A stretch of 64,000 nucleotides of DNA from Rebecca billardiae RCC1528 (taxonomy: Eukaryota; Protista; Haptophyta): positions 2,046,001 to 2,110,000 of the forward strand of contig OZ251226.1 of NCBI GenBank assembly GCA_965240325.2, in the 5' to 3' direction. The translations under genes were made by a program, and so were the position numbers. The notes beneath the pieces are model-generated. The model searched no databases and had not been told where the DNA came from. It saw nothing but the letters and a program-made list of their open reading frames with translations. Shown here piece by piece: positions 48,601-58,805 of this stretch (position 1 is the first letter of the stretch; each line of letters begins with the position of its first letter).

Positions 48601-51600
48601 CGACCGAGGTTGATCTCTTTGACAGCCTCACGCTGCGCGCGGACGGCTGGACGGACGACGCGGACGACCTGCCGCTGCGGTACCGGTTCGGGTACGCGCC
48701 GACCGGCTCGACGGCGGGCGCGGGCGTGGCGCAGCTGCTGGGCAGCGCGCCGAGCCTCGACACGAGCGCGTCTGTCGTGCTGCCGCAGGGCGAGCACGAC
48801 GCGACGCTCACCGTCCTCGACCAGTTTGACGGCGTCGCGAGCGCGGCCGCGGCCGTGCGCGTGCGCCAGCTGGGCGCCGAGGAGCAGACGGCGGAGGTGG
48901 CGCAGCGCGGGCTCGAGAGCGCGGCGGGCGCGCTGGGCGTGGGCGACGTGGACGCCGCCCTGCAGCTCGTCGTCGCCGTCGCCGACGCCACCGCGCCGGC
49001 CGTCGCGTCAAGCGACGCCGCCGAGGGCAGCGCTCTCGTCGGGGGCCTGCTCGAGCTCACGCGCTCCGCGCTCGGCGGCGTCGTCGACGACACGGGCCGC
49101 GCGCAGCTCTCGAACGCGATCGCGACGGTGCTGCGCGCACGCGCCGCGCTCGACGGCGACGCGCGGCTCGAGGGGCTCGCGCAGGTCGCCGCCCTCGCCG
49201 AGGGCACCTCCGCCGCCTCGTCCGCGGGGCTCGACAGCACGAGCGCGCGCAACGTCATCTCCAGTCTCGACAGCGTGCTGCTCTCGACCGACGGGGCCGA
49301 GCCGAGCGGCGCCGAGGACGGCGGCGCGGAGGCGGGGGCGGAGGACGAGGCGCTCGACCTCGCGGTGGAGCGCGCGTCGGGCGCGCTCGCCGACGCTCTC
49401 CTCGTCGGGCTGCTCCCCGGCGAGGCGTCGCGCGAGCTGACGAGCGCGCGCGTCAACCTGACGGTCGCTCGCTCGTTTGGCTCGGCGCTGCAGAACTCGA
49501 CGCTCAGCTCGGCCGGTGGCGGCGGCGGCGTGGCGCTGCCGTCGGGCGTGTTCGCCGGCTCCGAGCTGACCGACCCGCTGAGCGAGGCGGTCGACGTGCA
49601 GCTCGTGCTGCTGCAGCGCAACATCCACGCCGACCCGCGCGCGTTCAGCGCGGACGGCGGTCGCGAGGACGACGGCGGCGGCGGCCGGACGCTCTTCGGC
49701 GGCGTCGAGTACGCGCTGGGCGACATGCAGGCGCTGCAGTCGCCCGTGTTCAGCTTCAAGCTGCGCCGCGCGGCCGAGCCGTCGCCGCTCTCGATCAGCG
49801 GGCTGGCCGAGCCGGTCGAGCTCGTCATCCCGCTGCTCGGCCCCGACGAGCTCGCGACGCTCGGCGACGCGCAGCCGGCCGCGCCGGAAGGCGACGTGTG
49901 CGCGACCGACGCGGACTGCGCCGCGCCGAGCGACGTCATGCCGCGGGGCGCGTGCAACTACACCACGCCGAACGCGACGGCGCGCAGCTGCGTGTGCGAC
50001 GACGCGTACTACGGGCCGACGTGCGCGCACCTCGTCACGTGCACCTTCTGGAACGAGACGGAGGCGCGCTGGTCGAGCAAGGGGTGCCGCGCGCGCAGCG
50101 TGAGCGGCGGTGCCATCGTGTGCGCGTGCGACCACCTCACGGACTTCGCCGCCCTCTCCGTGGCGATCGCCGAGGTGGCGAGCGGCGAGGACTCTGGCGA
50201 GGTGAGCGTGAACCAGGTCGAGACGCAGGACCTCGAGGGCGAGTCGCCGAGCGGCGTGGTGCGGGTTGTGGCCGGGCGGCTTGCGGCCAACTTTTGGGGC
50301 GTGGTCGTCGTGTGCGTCGTGCTCGGGCCGATGCTGCTGCTTCTCTTCGTCGCGCACCGCGTCGACCTGCAGATCGAGCGGCAGCCGTCGGTGCCGCAGT
50401 GGAAGCTGCGCGCGGCCCAGTCGATCTGGTGGCGCGCGGGCGCGCACATGCTCACGCGCTCGACGCTCACCTCGTGGCTCACGCGGCTGCCGGGCGACCC
50501 GAAGAGCGCGAAGATGCGCGTGCTGCTGCTGATGAACGTGACGCTGGTCGAGCTCTTCGTGATGGCGCTCTTCATCGGCCAGGCGGAGGACCTCTCCGCG
50601 ACGCAGCTGATCGTGAGCGTGGCGGTGGGCATCGCGTCGGGCTACCCGTACGAGGCCTTCTTCCTCGAGCGGCTGCTCGAGTGGAGCGTGCGCAGGCGCG
50701 GGCTGCTCGAGGAGCGGCCCGACGGCGTCGACCCGGCGGACGCGCAGACGCGCCGCGCCGCGCTGCGCATGGCGGCGGTGATCGAGCCGACGACCACGTC
50801 GACCAGTGCGGCCGCCGCGGCGAAGAAGGCGCGGGACGCGGCGAAGGCGGCGCACGACGCGGTGCAGGGCGCGGCCCACGCCGCGGCGCACGCCGCGCAC
50901 CTCGACCGCCACGACGCCCACCATTCCAAGGACAGCGAGTCGGAGGAGGCCGAGCCTGTCGCGCACAAGCTGCGGTACGTGCGGCCTGAGAACGTCAAGC
51001 TGATCGAGGCGGACGCGGTGAGCGCGATCGCGGCCAACGAGGCGGCGGGCGGGGAGGACGCCGGCACGCCCTCGCCCCCGCCCTCGCCGAGCGCGCAGCC
51101 CTCGCCCATGCCCCTGCCCCGGCCCCAGTCCCTCGGCGTGATGGCCTACCTCGGTGGCGGCCCCACGGAGTCGCCCCCGCCCTCGCCGAGCGCGCGGCCC
51201 TCGCCCCTGTCTCGGCCGCAGTCGTTCGGCGGCGGCTCCGCCGCGTCGCCCGCCGCGTCGCGCGGCGCGGCGGAGTCGGGCGCGCGTGACAGCAGCGGCA
51301 CGGGGCCGAAGCCGCGCGCGCTCGTGCGCCGCGCGAGCTCGATGACCCAGCTGGGCCGGTTGCGGGTCAGGGACGCCGATCTCCCGCCGGGCGCGATGAC
51401 GGTGAGCATGCCAGACCAGGCACTCATCTCGATCCCGCAGGACGAGGGGCAGATCGTCGGCTTCTTCGTCGCGCGCACGTGGCAGGAGACCGTCATCAAG
51501 ACGGTGATCCCTCCGCCCAACAGGCCGTCCATCCTCTCCGAGATGGCGGGCGTGCGGCTCCACTTTGACCGCGGGCAGCACGAGCTGCTGGAGGAGGCGC

Positions 51601-52472
51601 ACCGCACGCTCGACTTCCACGACGGCGTGCCCGACGTGCGCTTTGTGCAGGCGGAGCGCGTGTACCGCCGCGCCCCGATCCCCGCCGACCAGGCGCAGCA
51701 CACGTACGGCCTCGTGAGCATGCGCACGCACGCGCGGCGCGGCTCGACGGCCGGAGGCGCGGCCAACAAGACGCGGCTGGGCAGCCTGAAGGCCGGCCTG
51801 TCGCGTGGAGACAAGGAGAGCGGGCCGATGGCCAAGATGGTGCAGGTCGTGCACCTCACCAGCCCGTACATCGACGGCCGGCAGATCCTGCCCACCGACG
51901 TGATCGCGCAGCCCAACGTGGCCGCGCGCGCCGCCCTCGACGCGTACGACCAGGTGCACGGCCACGGCCACGGCCACGGCCACGGCCAAGCCGAGGCGCA
52001 CGCCGCGGAGGGTGGCACAGCGAGCGCGAGCGCGAGTGCCGAGCCGGTGACACGGCATCGCGTGCACGAGCGCGTGCGCCTCACGCGCTTCGAGCTGGAG
52101 CACGCGCAGTGGTGGGCGAACAAGCCGAAGGCGTGGAAGCTGCGGACGGCGACCACTGTGAACGTGCTCCTCATCTGCGCCGTGGCGTGCCTGCTGCTCA
52201 CCTTCTCCATCCTCGGCGGCGCGGGCGTGCGCGACCCCGAGGTCTGGCGGCAGGAGATCCTGGTCGCGTGGCTCATCGAGACCGCGTTCAAGCTCGCGCT
52301 CATCGAGCCGGGCGTCGTGCTCGCGCGGCTGGTCATCGACCTCTTTGTGAGGACGTGCGTGCCAGAGGCGTACCGCGACTGGGCGATCGAGGTGTTCGTC
52401 GAGCCGTTCCTCCACCAGCTGCGCAAGCCGAAGAAGCTGTTCAAGGACGTCCTCGGCTTCGACTTGTGCTAA
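27635..52472 (+). CDS. Giant polycystin-1/REJ-GPS-like surface receptor with RCC1-repeat modules and SPPP stalk (~24 introns, roughly 7,000 aa)
   Basis: Signal peptide (LRVVVAVGVLCALARVPGVTA-Q). RCC1 repeats (GHAHTC, CFGRNQFGQSG, KCWG.N..GQLG) linked by GT-AG introns, e.g. 28392-28568, 28818-28949, 29125-29212, 29411-29530, 43067-43222. Final exon has five IPT/TIG repeats, REJ hallmark NRPPYGG...GWTDD..LPLRYRFGY, EGF-like CVCDDAYYGPTC, GPS CTFW...WSSKGC...CACDHLTDFA and 5 TM segments. The single-gene model is inferred; not every junction was checked. Confidence 0.8.
27750..37855 (+). repeat. Intragenic ~4-kb near-identical duplication (27750-31800 vs 33800-37855), introns included
   Basis: Sequence at 27841 recurs at 33891 (offset 6050); exons and introns match almost letter for letter. 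Confidence 0.92.
37858..41455 (+). repeat. Coding 12-bp tandem repeat encoding (SPPP)n, about 300 units
   Basis: AGCCCGCCGCCG-type units with synonymous variation; the frame stays open as SPPP between RCC1 modules. Confidence 0.95.
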
Positions 52473-53129
52473 GTAGCTGAGAGCGCAGGCTGCTGCGCCT
52501 TGAAGCGCAGCGTGAGCGGGCGGTCTGACAGTCCGCCGTTCGTTGATGGCAGCTCTTGATGCCGCCGGCAGCTGCATGAACCGACTGACGAGTGACGATG
52601 CCACACGCTTTCAGTCGTGATCATCATCACTGGCATCTCAATTCTCATCGCGTCGTCGTCACAAATTTAATAATATAATTTTATAAATTTAATTATAATT
52701 ATTGTAATAAATGCTGCTGCCGCGGGTGCATGCTGTTGTGGCATCATATCATCATCACCGACTGCTAGCTTAGTTACGGAGTACTACCGCCATGTACTGC
52801 TGCTGCTATACTACATATATACGCGTATATGATCTAGAACTGCTATATCGTCTGAGCATGCAGTCGATCGTCATTGACGATATATAGCTATGACCGCGTT
52901 CCACGGTCCTTTTCCGTAGAACGAACGTAGCAGTTCGGGGCCCGCGGTGGCGGTGCACCCTCCGTCGCAGTCGTCCCGTACGTAACTAGACTCCATCCAG
53001 CGGCGCGCCGCCCAGCGGCGCGCCGCCGCCGGCCCGGCCGGCCGGCCGGGCGCGGGCGCGTCGGCGGCTGGCGTGCGCCGAGTGTGGATGTCGGTCGTCG
53101 GCCGAGCTGCCCTCATCACAGACGGCCCT

Positions 53130-53680
53130 TACCTGACCCCCTGCGCGTGCGCGACGGCCGACAGGCGGATGCGACTCGGCGTGATCGACGCACGAGCGCG
53201 ACTCTTGCACGCCAGGCCACCGGCGGAGCTGACTGACAGCCAGGGAGCCGACGGCGCGGGACCGCGGATTCGACTTCGTTCGGGCCTGCCGCTGACCGTC
53301 GTCGCCGCGACGCCAGCAGCGCAGGAGTAGATGATCTGCAGGTCAGTAGGGTTCGACCTGCGCGCCTGCGCGACGGCCGACAGGCGGGCGCGAGGCGTGA
53401 GCGACGCATGAGCGCGCCTCTACGTGCACACCAGGCCCACGCGGCCGAGCTGACTGACCGAGCCAGGGAGCACGGTGCGAGCAGCCATGCAGCACCGGTG
53501 CTTGCGCGCGCCGCGCGTGCACGGGGTGACACACCTCGGTCAGGCTCGGCACGCGTCGCAGAGGCACGGCCAGCTCTGGGCACGCCAGGCGCGTGAGGCG
53601 CCCAGGCCACGCGGAGCTGACAGCCACGGGGAGCCGACGGCGCGGGGCCGCGGCCAGTTCGACTTGCGCCTGCTCTGAAG
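53130..53680. repeat. Degenerate ~200-bp tandem repeat (about 3 units)
   Basis: GAGCTGACTGAC..GCCAGGGAGC recurs near 53226, 53447 and 53614; CGCGACGGCCGACAGGCGG near 53150 and 53370. Confidence 0.55.
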
Positions 53681-55208
53681 AAGAGTTCTGAAAGACCCTG
53701 GCGGAGAGGCATGGCAAGGGGGGCGTGTGGTGAAGTCGGAGACTCAGAGATCGATCAGTCCGGCATCATGCGCCGCTGCCCCCGAGCTTGCGAGAGCCCG
53801 AACACAGGGCGGCGGCTGCGGCGGCGGCTCGCGGCCGCGCGGCCGGCCGCGCAGGCATCGACAGGGCGCGGCAGGGGCGTGCGGAGTGACTAGTGAGCGG
53901 GCACGAACGCGATGTCGACGGCCGTCGGGACCCGCCGCAGACGCGCGCTCCAGGCGCCACTCGGCACTCGCCACGCGCACCTGCCCATCGAGCGCCCCCT
54001 TGGACCGTTGGACGCCGAGAGTCGTCGCGGCTCGCTCGCCACCCCGAAGAAAACCTGCACACGTCCTTGCGACGGCGGCAGGTTTTGAGCTCGCCAGCTC
54101 GGTAAGTCAGTGACTATGGAATGGGCTGGCAACGAATAGCTGCGCGGGTATTTTCAATAAGGCTTGCGGGTTTTAGACTCTAGATACCAACCGCCGCGAA
54201 GCCAAGTTCGTAATATTCATCAAGGCGGAGGCAAACCATGATGCAGCGAATACGACCCCGTGATGAAGATTTTGCCGCTAACGATGTGTAAAAATAGCCT
54301 CAAAGAAGCTGACGCTTGTATTGGACTTGTAACCGTCCTACTTCACACTCACGCCCGGCCGTCCACGATTGATTAGGGGAATCTCGTGGGCGCGGTTTTT
54401 TCTCGAAATGCATGTGTAGAGAGGGTCTCAAAAATCGAAACTCGGTCTCCGCCAGCCCTAAAAATCGGCCCCCGTCCCTTTTTCTTGCGCTGACGATCAA
54501 AGATCTTTTTGAAACGTGGTTCGGGCCCGCAGTGCGGGCTCCACGCTGCGCGCTCCGCCCTGCACCGCGGGCCATCATCAGTCGTCGTTGCTGCCATCGA
54601 TACCAGGCCCAGCTTGAGCTCGTCAACATAGCTTACTGCCCGACATTCACATTCGCGACGGTCACTCGCCCTCGGCAGGCCACAGAGCGCCGGCATCATC
54701 GCCGAATGCCCGCCGATCGCGAGACGACACGACCCGCATGCCGGGCGCGCGGAACCGGGCACATATATGCTGACGACTCGTCATTTTATATATATTATAA
54801 AATATAACGATTATAGGTGCTACTAACTACTGATGATGCGCTGCCGCCGCTGCGAGCACGGCTGCTGCTGCTGACCAGCACGCGCAGTGTCATATAGTTA
54901 CGAGTATGCCATGCACTTACAGTGCAGTGGCGGCTGTCCTCGCCTGTCCTGTAACGAGGGCAGATTGCCATCAGATATAAGTGCTGTACGCGTCTGCATT
55001 GTCATGGCACCGCGGACATATCGCGGCTGGTCGTCGACACGGAATCAGTGTGAAGCTGGTGCGCCACCAAGCAGCCCGGTGATGACAACGGGCGCTCCTG
55101 CTTGTGAACGAAGCAGCCATGCTCGCACGACGCGCAGCGCGACAGCATGACACATGTCCACGGTCGTCGCGGGGCGCCCCTCGCGCCCCTGCGCCGCACG
55201 CGCCTCGC

Positions 55209-58200
55209 TCACACCGCCTGCAGCTCGAACACGACGAGCGCGCTCTTGCGCAGCAGCGCGAGCAGCGCCTGCAGCCGCGCGCGCGGGAAGTGCGAGTACA
55301 GCCGATAGTGTTCGTCCGCGACGAGCTCGGCGACGAATTGGAGCGCGTGCGTCGCGTACTGCGCGTCGGCGGAGAGGCGCGCGGTCTGCAGCAGCGTCGC
55401 GTGGAGCAGCTCGACCATCTGCGGCACGCACGCGCGCTGCAGCCGGCGCAGCTGCGCGCAGCGGTCGCGCGCCTCCGCCTCCGCGTCCGCGCCGGTCGCG
55501 GGCACGCCACCATCGTGATGGTCTTCAAGCCATCCGTGCGGCGCGCGCAGCGTCTGCTCGAGCGCGTGCGCGGCGGCCTCGGCGAGCCGGCGGAGGGTGG
55601 CGCTCCACTCCGCCGCCTGCGCGGGCGGGGTCGTTCGCGCGCGCGCGCGCGCGGTGAGCCACAGCCAGCGCGCAGCGAGCAGCCCCAACACGAGAGCGAC
55701 CTGGCCGCGCGCGCGCGCGCTCGCGTGACGGGGGCGGCGCGGCGCGCGCACGCGCACGCACCCGATCAAACTGTCGAGGGTCCGAGGCCGCGGCTGCGCG
55801 CAGGCCGGGGGGCTTGGTGCCCGAGGCGAAGGACCACCTGCGCGGCGGGGGCGCGGAGGCGTGCGCGTGAGCGCGAGCTCGGCGCACCGCAGGGCCTCGC
55901 CCGCCCGCGCCGCCGCACCGCAGCGGCGCGTCGGGCGCGGCGGGCGCGGCGCATCGGGCGCGGCGCCGGCGCGTCCGCAGCGGCCGCGCGCAACGCACCA
56001 CGCGTGATAGGCGGCGAGCGCCTCGAGGTACGCGGTCCAGCCCAGGAGCTCGGCGACGGCGTTGTTCACGCGCTGCTCGTACGCGCTCGTCGGCTCCGCG
56101 CTCCACAGCGCGCTCGCCGCCTCGAGCGGCAAGAAGCGCTCAAGCAGCGGTCGCAGCGGCGGCGCCGCGTCCGCGGCCGCGGCCGCGGCCGCGACCGCGT
56201 CCGCGGCCGCGGCCGCTCCTGGTGCCAGGCCGACCGAGCTCGGCGGCAGCGGCTGCTCCGTGCCCGCGGGCGCGAGGAGCTGCGAGGCGAGGCCGCGCTC
56301 GACGAGGGCCGCCGTGAGCCGGTTCGCGTGCACGAGCGCGTGCACCAGCCGCGTGCGCGCCAGCGCCTCCGGCTCGGCGCGCACAGGCAGCGTCAGCCAG
56401 CTGAGCGCGCGCAGCGAGCGCGCCGGGTTGGTGGCGTCGGCCGCGCGCGCGCGCGCGGCCTCGTCGGCGGCGGCGCGCCACCAGCCGTCCTCGAGCGCCT
56501 CGATGCCCTCGAGCGCGGCGCACGCGGCGGCGCACATGCGCGCGTGCCCCACCGCGCCCGCGCCCGCCTCGAGGCACGCAGCCATCGCGCCCCTGGGCGC
56601 GCACGCCGCGAGGCGCCGCAAGTAATCCCGAAGTACGCGCACGCCCGCGTCCGCACGGCCGGAGCTTGCGCCCGGGTCGCGCCGGGGGTCGGCGGGGAGG
56701 GCGCCCTCGGCGTCGTCGGCGTCGGCGTCGGGGGCGAGCTTGGACGCGAGCAGCGCGACGCTCGGCGCGAGCAGCGCCTCGTCCTCGCCGCCCTCCTCCT
56801 CCTCCGCGCCGTCCGCGCCTTCCGCGGTGCGCACGCTCGCAAGCCGAAGCGCTAGCAGCTTTGCGTATGCGCACTGCAGAGCAGACTCGGCGGCGGAGGG
56901 CGCGGGGTGCGCGGCGGGCGCGTCGGTGCGCACGGCGCGGCGCAGGAAGAGCGAGAGGTGCGCGCCGAACCGGCTCAGGTGCCGCCGCAGCACCGCGTGC
57001 CCGAGCGCGCCCGCGTCACCCTCGGCGGCCGCGGCCGCGTCCGCGCGCGCCACCGCTCCCGCCAGCTGCCGAATGTCTGTCGCCGCGGCGCCGCGCGCCG
57101 AGCCCTCGGCGCCGCCGGGCGTGGGCGCGGCGCGCGGCGTGGCGAGCGAGTCGACGCCGGGCGAGCGCAGCTCGAGGAGCCGCGCCGCGCCGCCCGCGCC
57201 CTCCCGCCCGCCCTCCGCGCCGCGCCCCTCCGCGCGCAGCAGCTCGGCCGCCAGCGCGTCAGCGACACTCTTAACGCGCCCGCACGCGTGGCCGGCGCCG
57301 CGCCGCAGTCGGTCGAGGACCAGAAGCTTCTGCACGCGGCCGTGGAGGGCGAGGAGCGCGGAGGCGCCGGGCGCGGCGCGGGAGGAGGGCTCGACGGCCC
57401 CCGCGCCCGCGCCGCCCGCCGCGAGCACGTCGCCGCGCGGCGTGCTCGCCCCGTCCGGGGCGCCGCGCGCGCCGGCGCCGCCGGCCGCGGGGGGCGCGAG
57501 GCCGTAGTCGTCGTCGGCCGGAGCCGAGCCCGCGCCGTCGGCGCGGGCGGCGGGCGCGCAGCCAAGGGCGCCCATCACCTCGAGCTCGGTGAGCGGCGCC
57601 GCGCCCGGCGGCGGCGCGTCCGGCCGCGCGCGGCACGCGCCCAGCCACTCCTCGACGCGGCCGTGCACCAGAGCCTTGAGCCGCGCCCACGCGCTGTCCT
57701 CGGCCGAGGCGGAAGCTTCGAGCATCGCGGGTACGTCGCCGCAGAGGCAGCCGTAGATGGCGCGCTCGAGGGGCGAGTCGGCGCTGGCGGCGAGATGGCG
57801 GCACGACTCGAGCCACAGCTGGCGGTGCGGGTTGCCCGCCCACGCGTCCATCGCGCCCGCGCGCCCGCCGCCCGCCGCGGCGCCCAGCTGAACGACGTGA
57901 GCGGCCTCGGCGTCGGCCGCGGCCGCGCGCACGCGGCCCCACAGCCGCCCGCCGTCGAGGGTGGCGGCGCGCCAGGGCTGGCGGCACTCGTGGCACAGGG
58001 CCTGCGCCTCGTCCACGCGCCCCGCGCGCAGCAGCCCCCACACGCCGCGCAGCAGCGCGCGCTCCTGCTCCGCGTCGTTCTCGTCGAGCGGCAGCGCGGT
58101 GCGCGCGGGCGCGTCTGGGTCGATCATCGGGCACAGCCCGTCGGTGTCGATGGCGGAGGCGAGGCGGAAGAGGGTGTTGCCGTGCAGCGCGTCCTGGCCC

Positions 58201-58655
58201 ATGTAGTCCACCTGCTCGTACGCCATCGACTCGAACCACCACACCACCGCCTGCGCCGTCGCGAGCGTCGCGTCGTGCTCGAAGATGTGCTCGACTAAAC
58301 TCTGCTCGTCGGCGCACGCCCACGCGAGCGCGCAGCCGTCGGCGGGCGGCGGCGGCGCGGAGGGCGGGGTCGTGCTGCGCGGCCAGTCCTGGAACAGCCA
58401 CTCCAGCAGGTACCACGTGTTCCGCTCGGCGCGCAGCACCGCCGCCTCGTGCTGCAGCGCCGCGCGCGCCGCCAGGCTCAGCCTCTCGCCCGCCGCCGCG
58501 CTCAGCCGGCCGTCGATCTCACTCGCTGCCTGCTGGCACAGCTCGGTGTACTTGCGGAAGAGGGTGATGTGCGCCGGCGGCGACTCGCCGTCGGTCGCCT
58601 CGCTCGCCTCGTCGAACCGCCGCAGCGCCTCGGCGAAGCGCGCGTCGAGCGCCAT
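55209..58655 (-). CDS. NUP107: Nuclear pore complex protein Nup107/Nup84
   Basis: ERNTWYLL, VVWWFE, DPDAPAR...LRAGRVDEAQALCHECRQPWRAATLDGG, GNPHRQLW, ERAIYGCLCGD, VADEHYRLYSHF. Probably two introns near the 3' end (~55998-55838 and ~55761-55617). Confidence 0.92.
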   Translation of the reverse strand: MALDARFAEALRRFDEASEATDGESPPAHITLFRKYTELCQQAASEIDGRLSAAAGERLSLAARAALQHEAAVLRAERNTWYLLEWLFQDWPRSTTPPSAPPPPADGCALAWACADEQSLVEHIFEHDATLATAQAVVWWFESMAYEQVDYMGQDALHGNTLFRLASAIDTDGLCPMIDPDAPARTALPLDENDAEQERALLRGVWGLLRAGRVDEAQALCHECRQPWRAATLDGGRLWGRVRAAAADAEAAHVVQLGAAAGGGRAGAMDAWAGNPHRQLWLESCRHLAASADSPLERAIYGCLCGDVPAMLEASASAEDSAWARLKALVHGRVEEWLGACRARPDAPPPGAAPLTELEVMGALGCAPAARADGAGSAPADDDYGLAPPAAGGAGARGAPDGASTPRGDVLAAGGAGAGAVEPSSRAAPGASALLALHGRVQKLLVLDRLRRGAGHACGRVKSVADALAAELLRAEGRGAEGGREGAGGAARLLELRSPGVDSLATPRAAPTPGGAEGSARGAAATDIRQLAGAVARADAAAAAEGDAGALGHAVLRRHLSRFGAHLSLFLRRAVRTDAPAAHPAPSAAESALQCAYAKLLALRLASVRTAEGADGAEEEEGGEDEALLAPSVALLASKLAPDADADDAEGALPADPRRDPGASSGRADAGVRVLRDYLRRLAACAPRGAMAACLEAGAGAVGHARMCAAACAALEGIEALEDGWWRAAADEAARARAADATNPARSLRALSWLTLPVRAEPEALARTRLVHALVHANRLTAALVERGLASQLLAPAGTEQPLPPSSVGLAPGAAAAADAVAAAAAAADAAPPLRPLLERFLPLEAASALWSAEPTSAYEQRVNNAVAELLGWTAYLEALAAYHAWCVARGRCGRAGAAPDAPRPPRPTRRCGAAARAGEALRCAELALTRTPPRPRRAGGPSPRAPSPPACAQPRPRTLDSLIGCVRVRAPRRPRHASARARGQVALVLGLLAARWLWLTARARARTTPPAQAAEWSATLRRLAEAAAHALEQTLRAPHGWLEDHHDGGVPATGADAEAEARDRCAQLRRLQRACVPQMVELLHATLLQTARLSADAQYATHALQFVAELVADEHYRLYSHFPRARLQALLALLRKSALVVFELQAV

Positions 58656-58805
58656 GTCCGCCGCGCCCTTGGTCGGCGTCGCCGCCCTCAGCTTCGGCGA
58701 GCGCGAGGGCTGCGCGCCTGCGCAGCTCGAGCCGGACTCTGCTGAGCGTAGCCGGACCGCAACGGCGGGCGGGGGGAACGGACGACATCACGACAGCGGT
58801 CCTCT

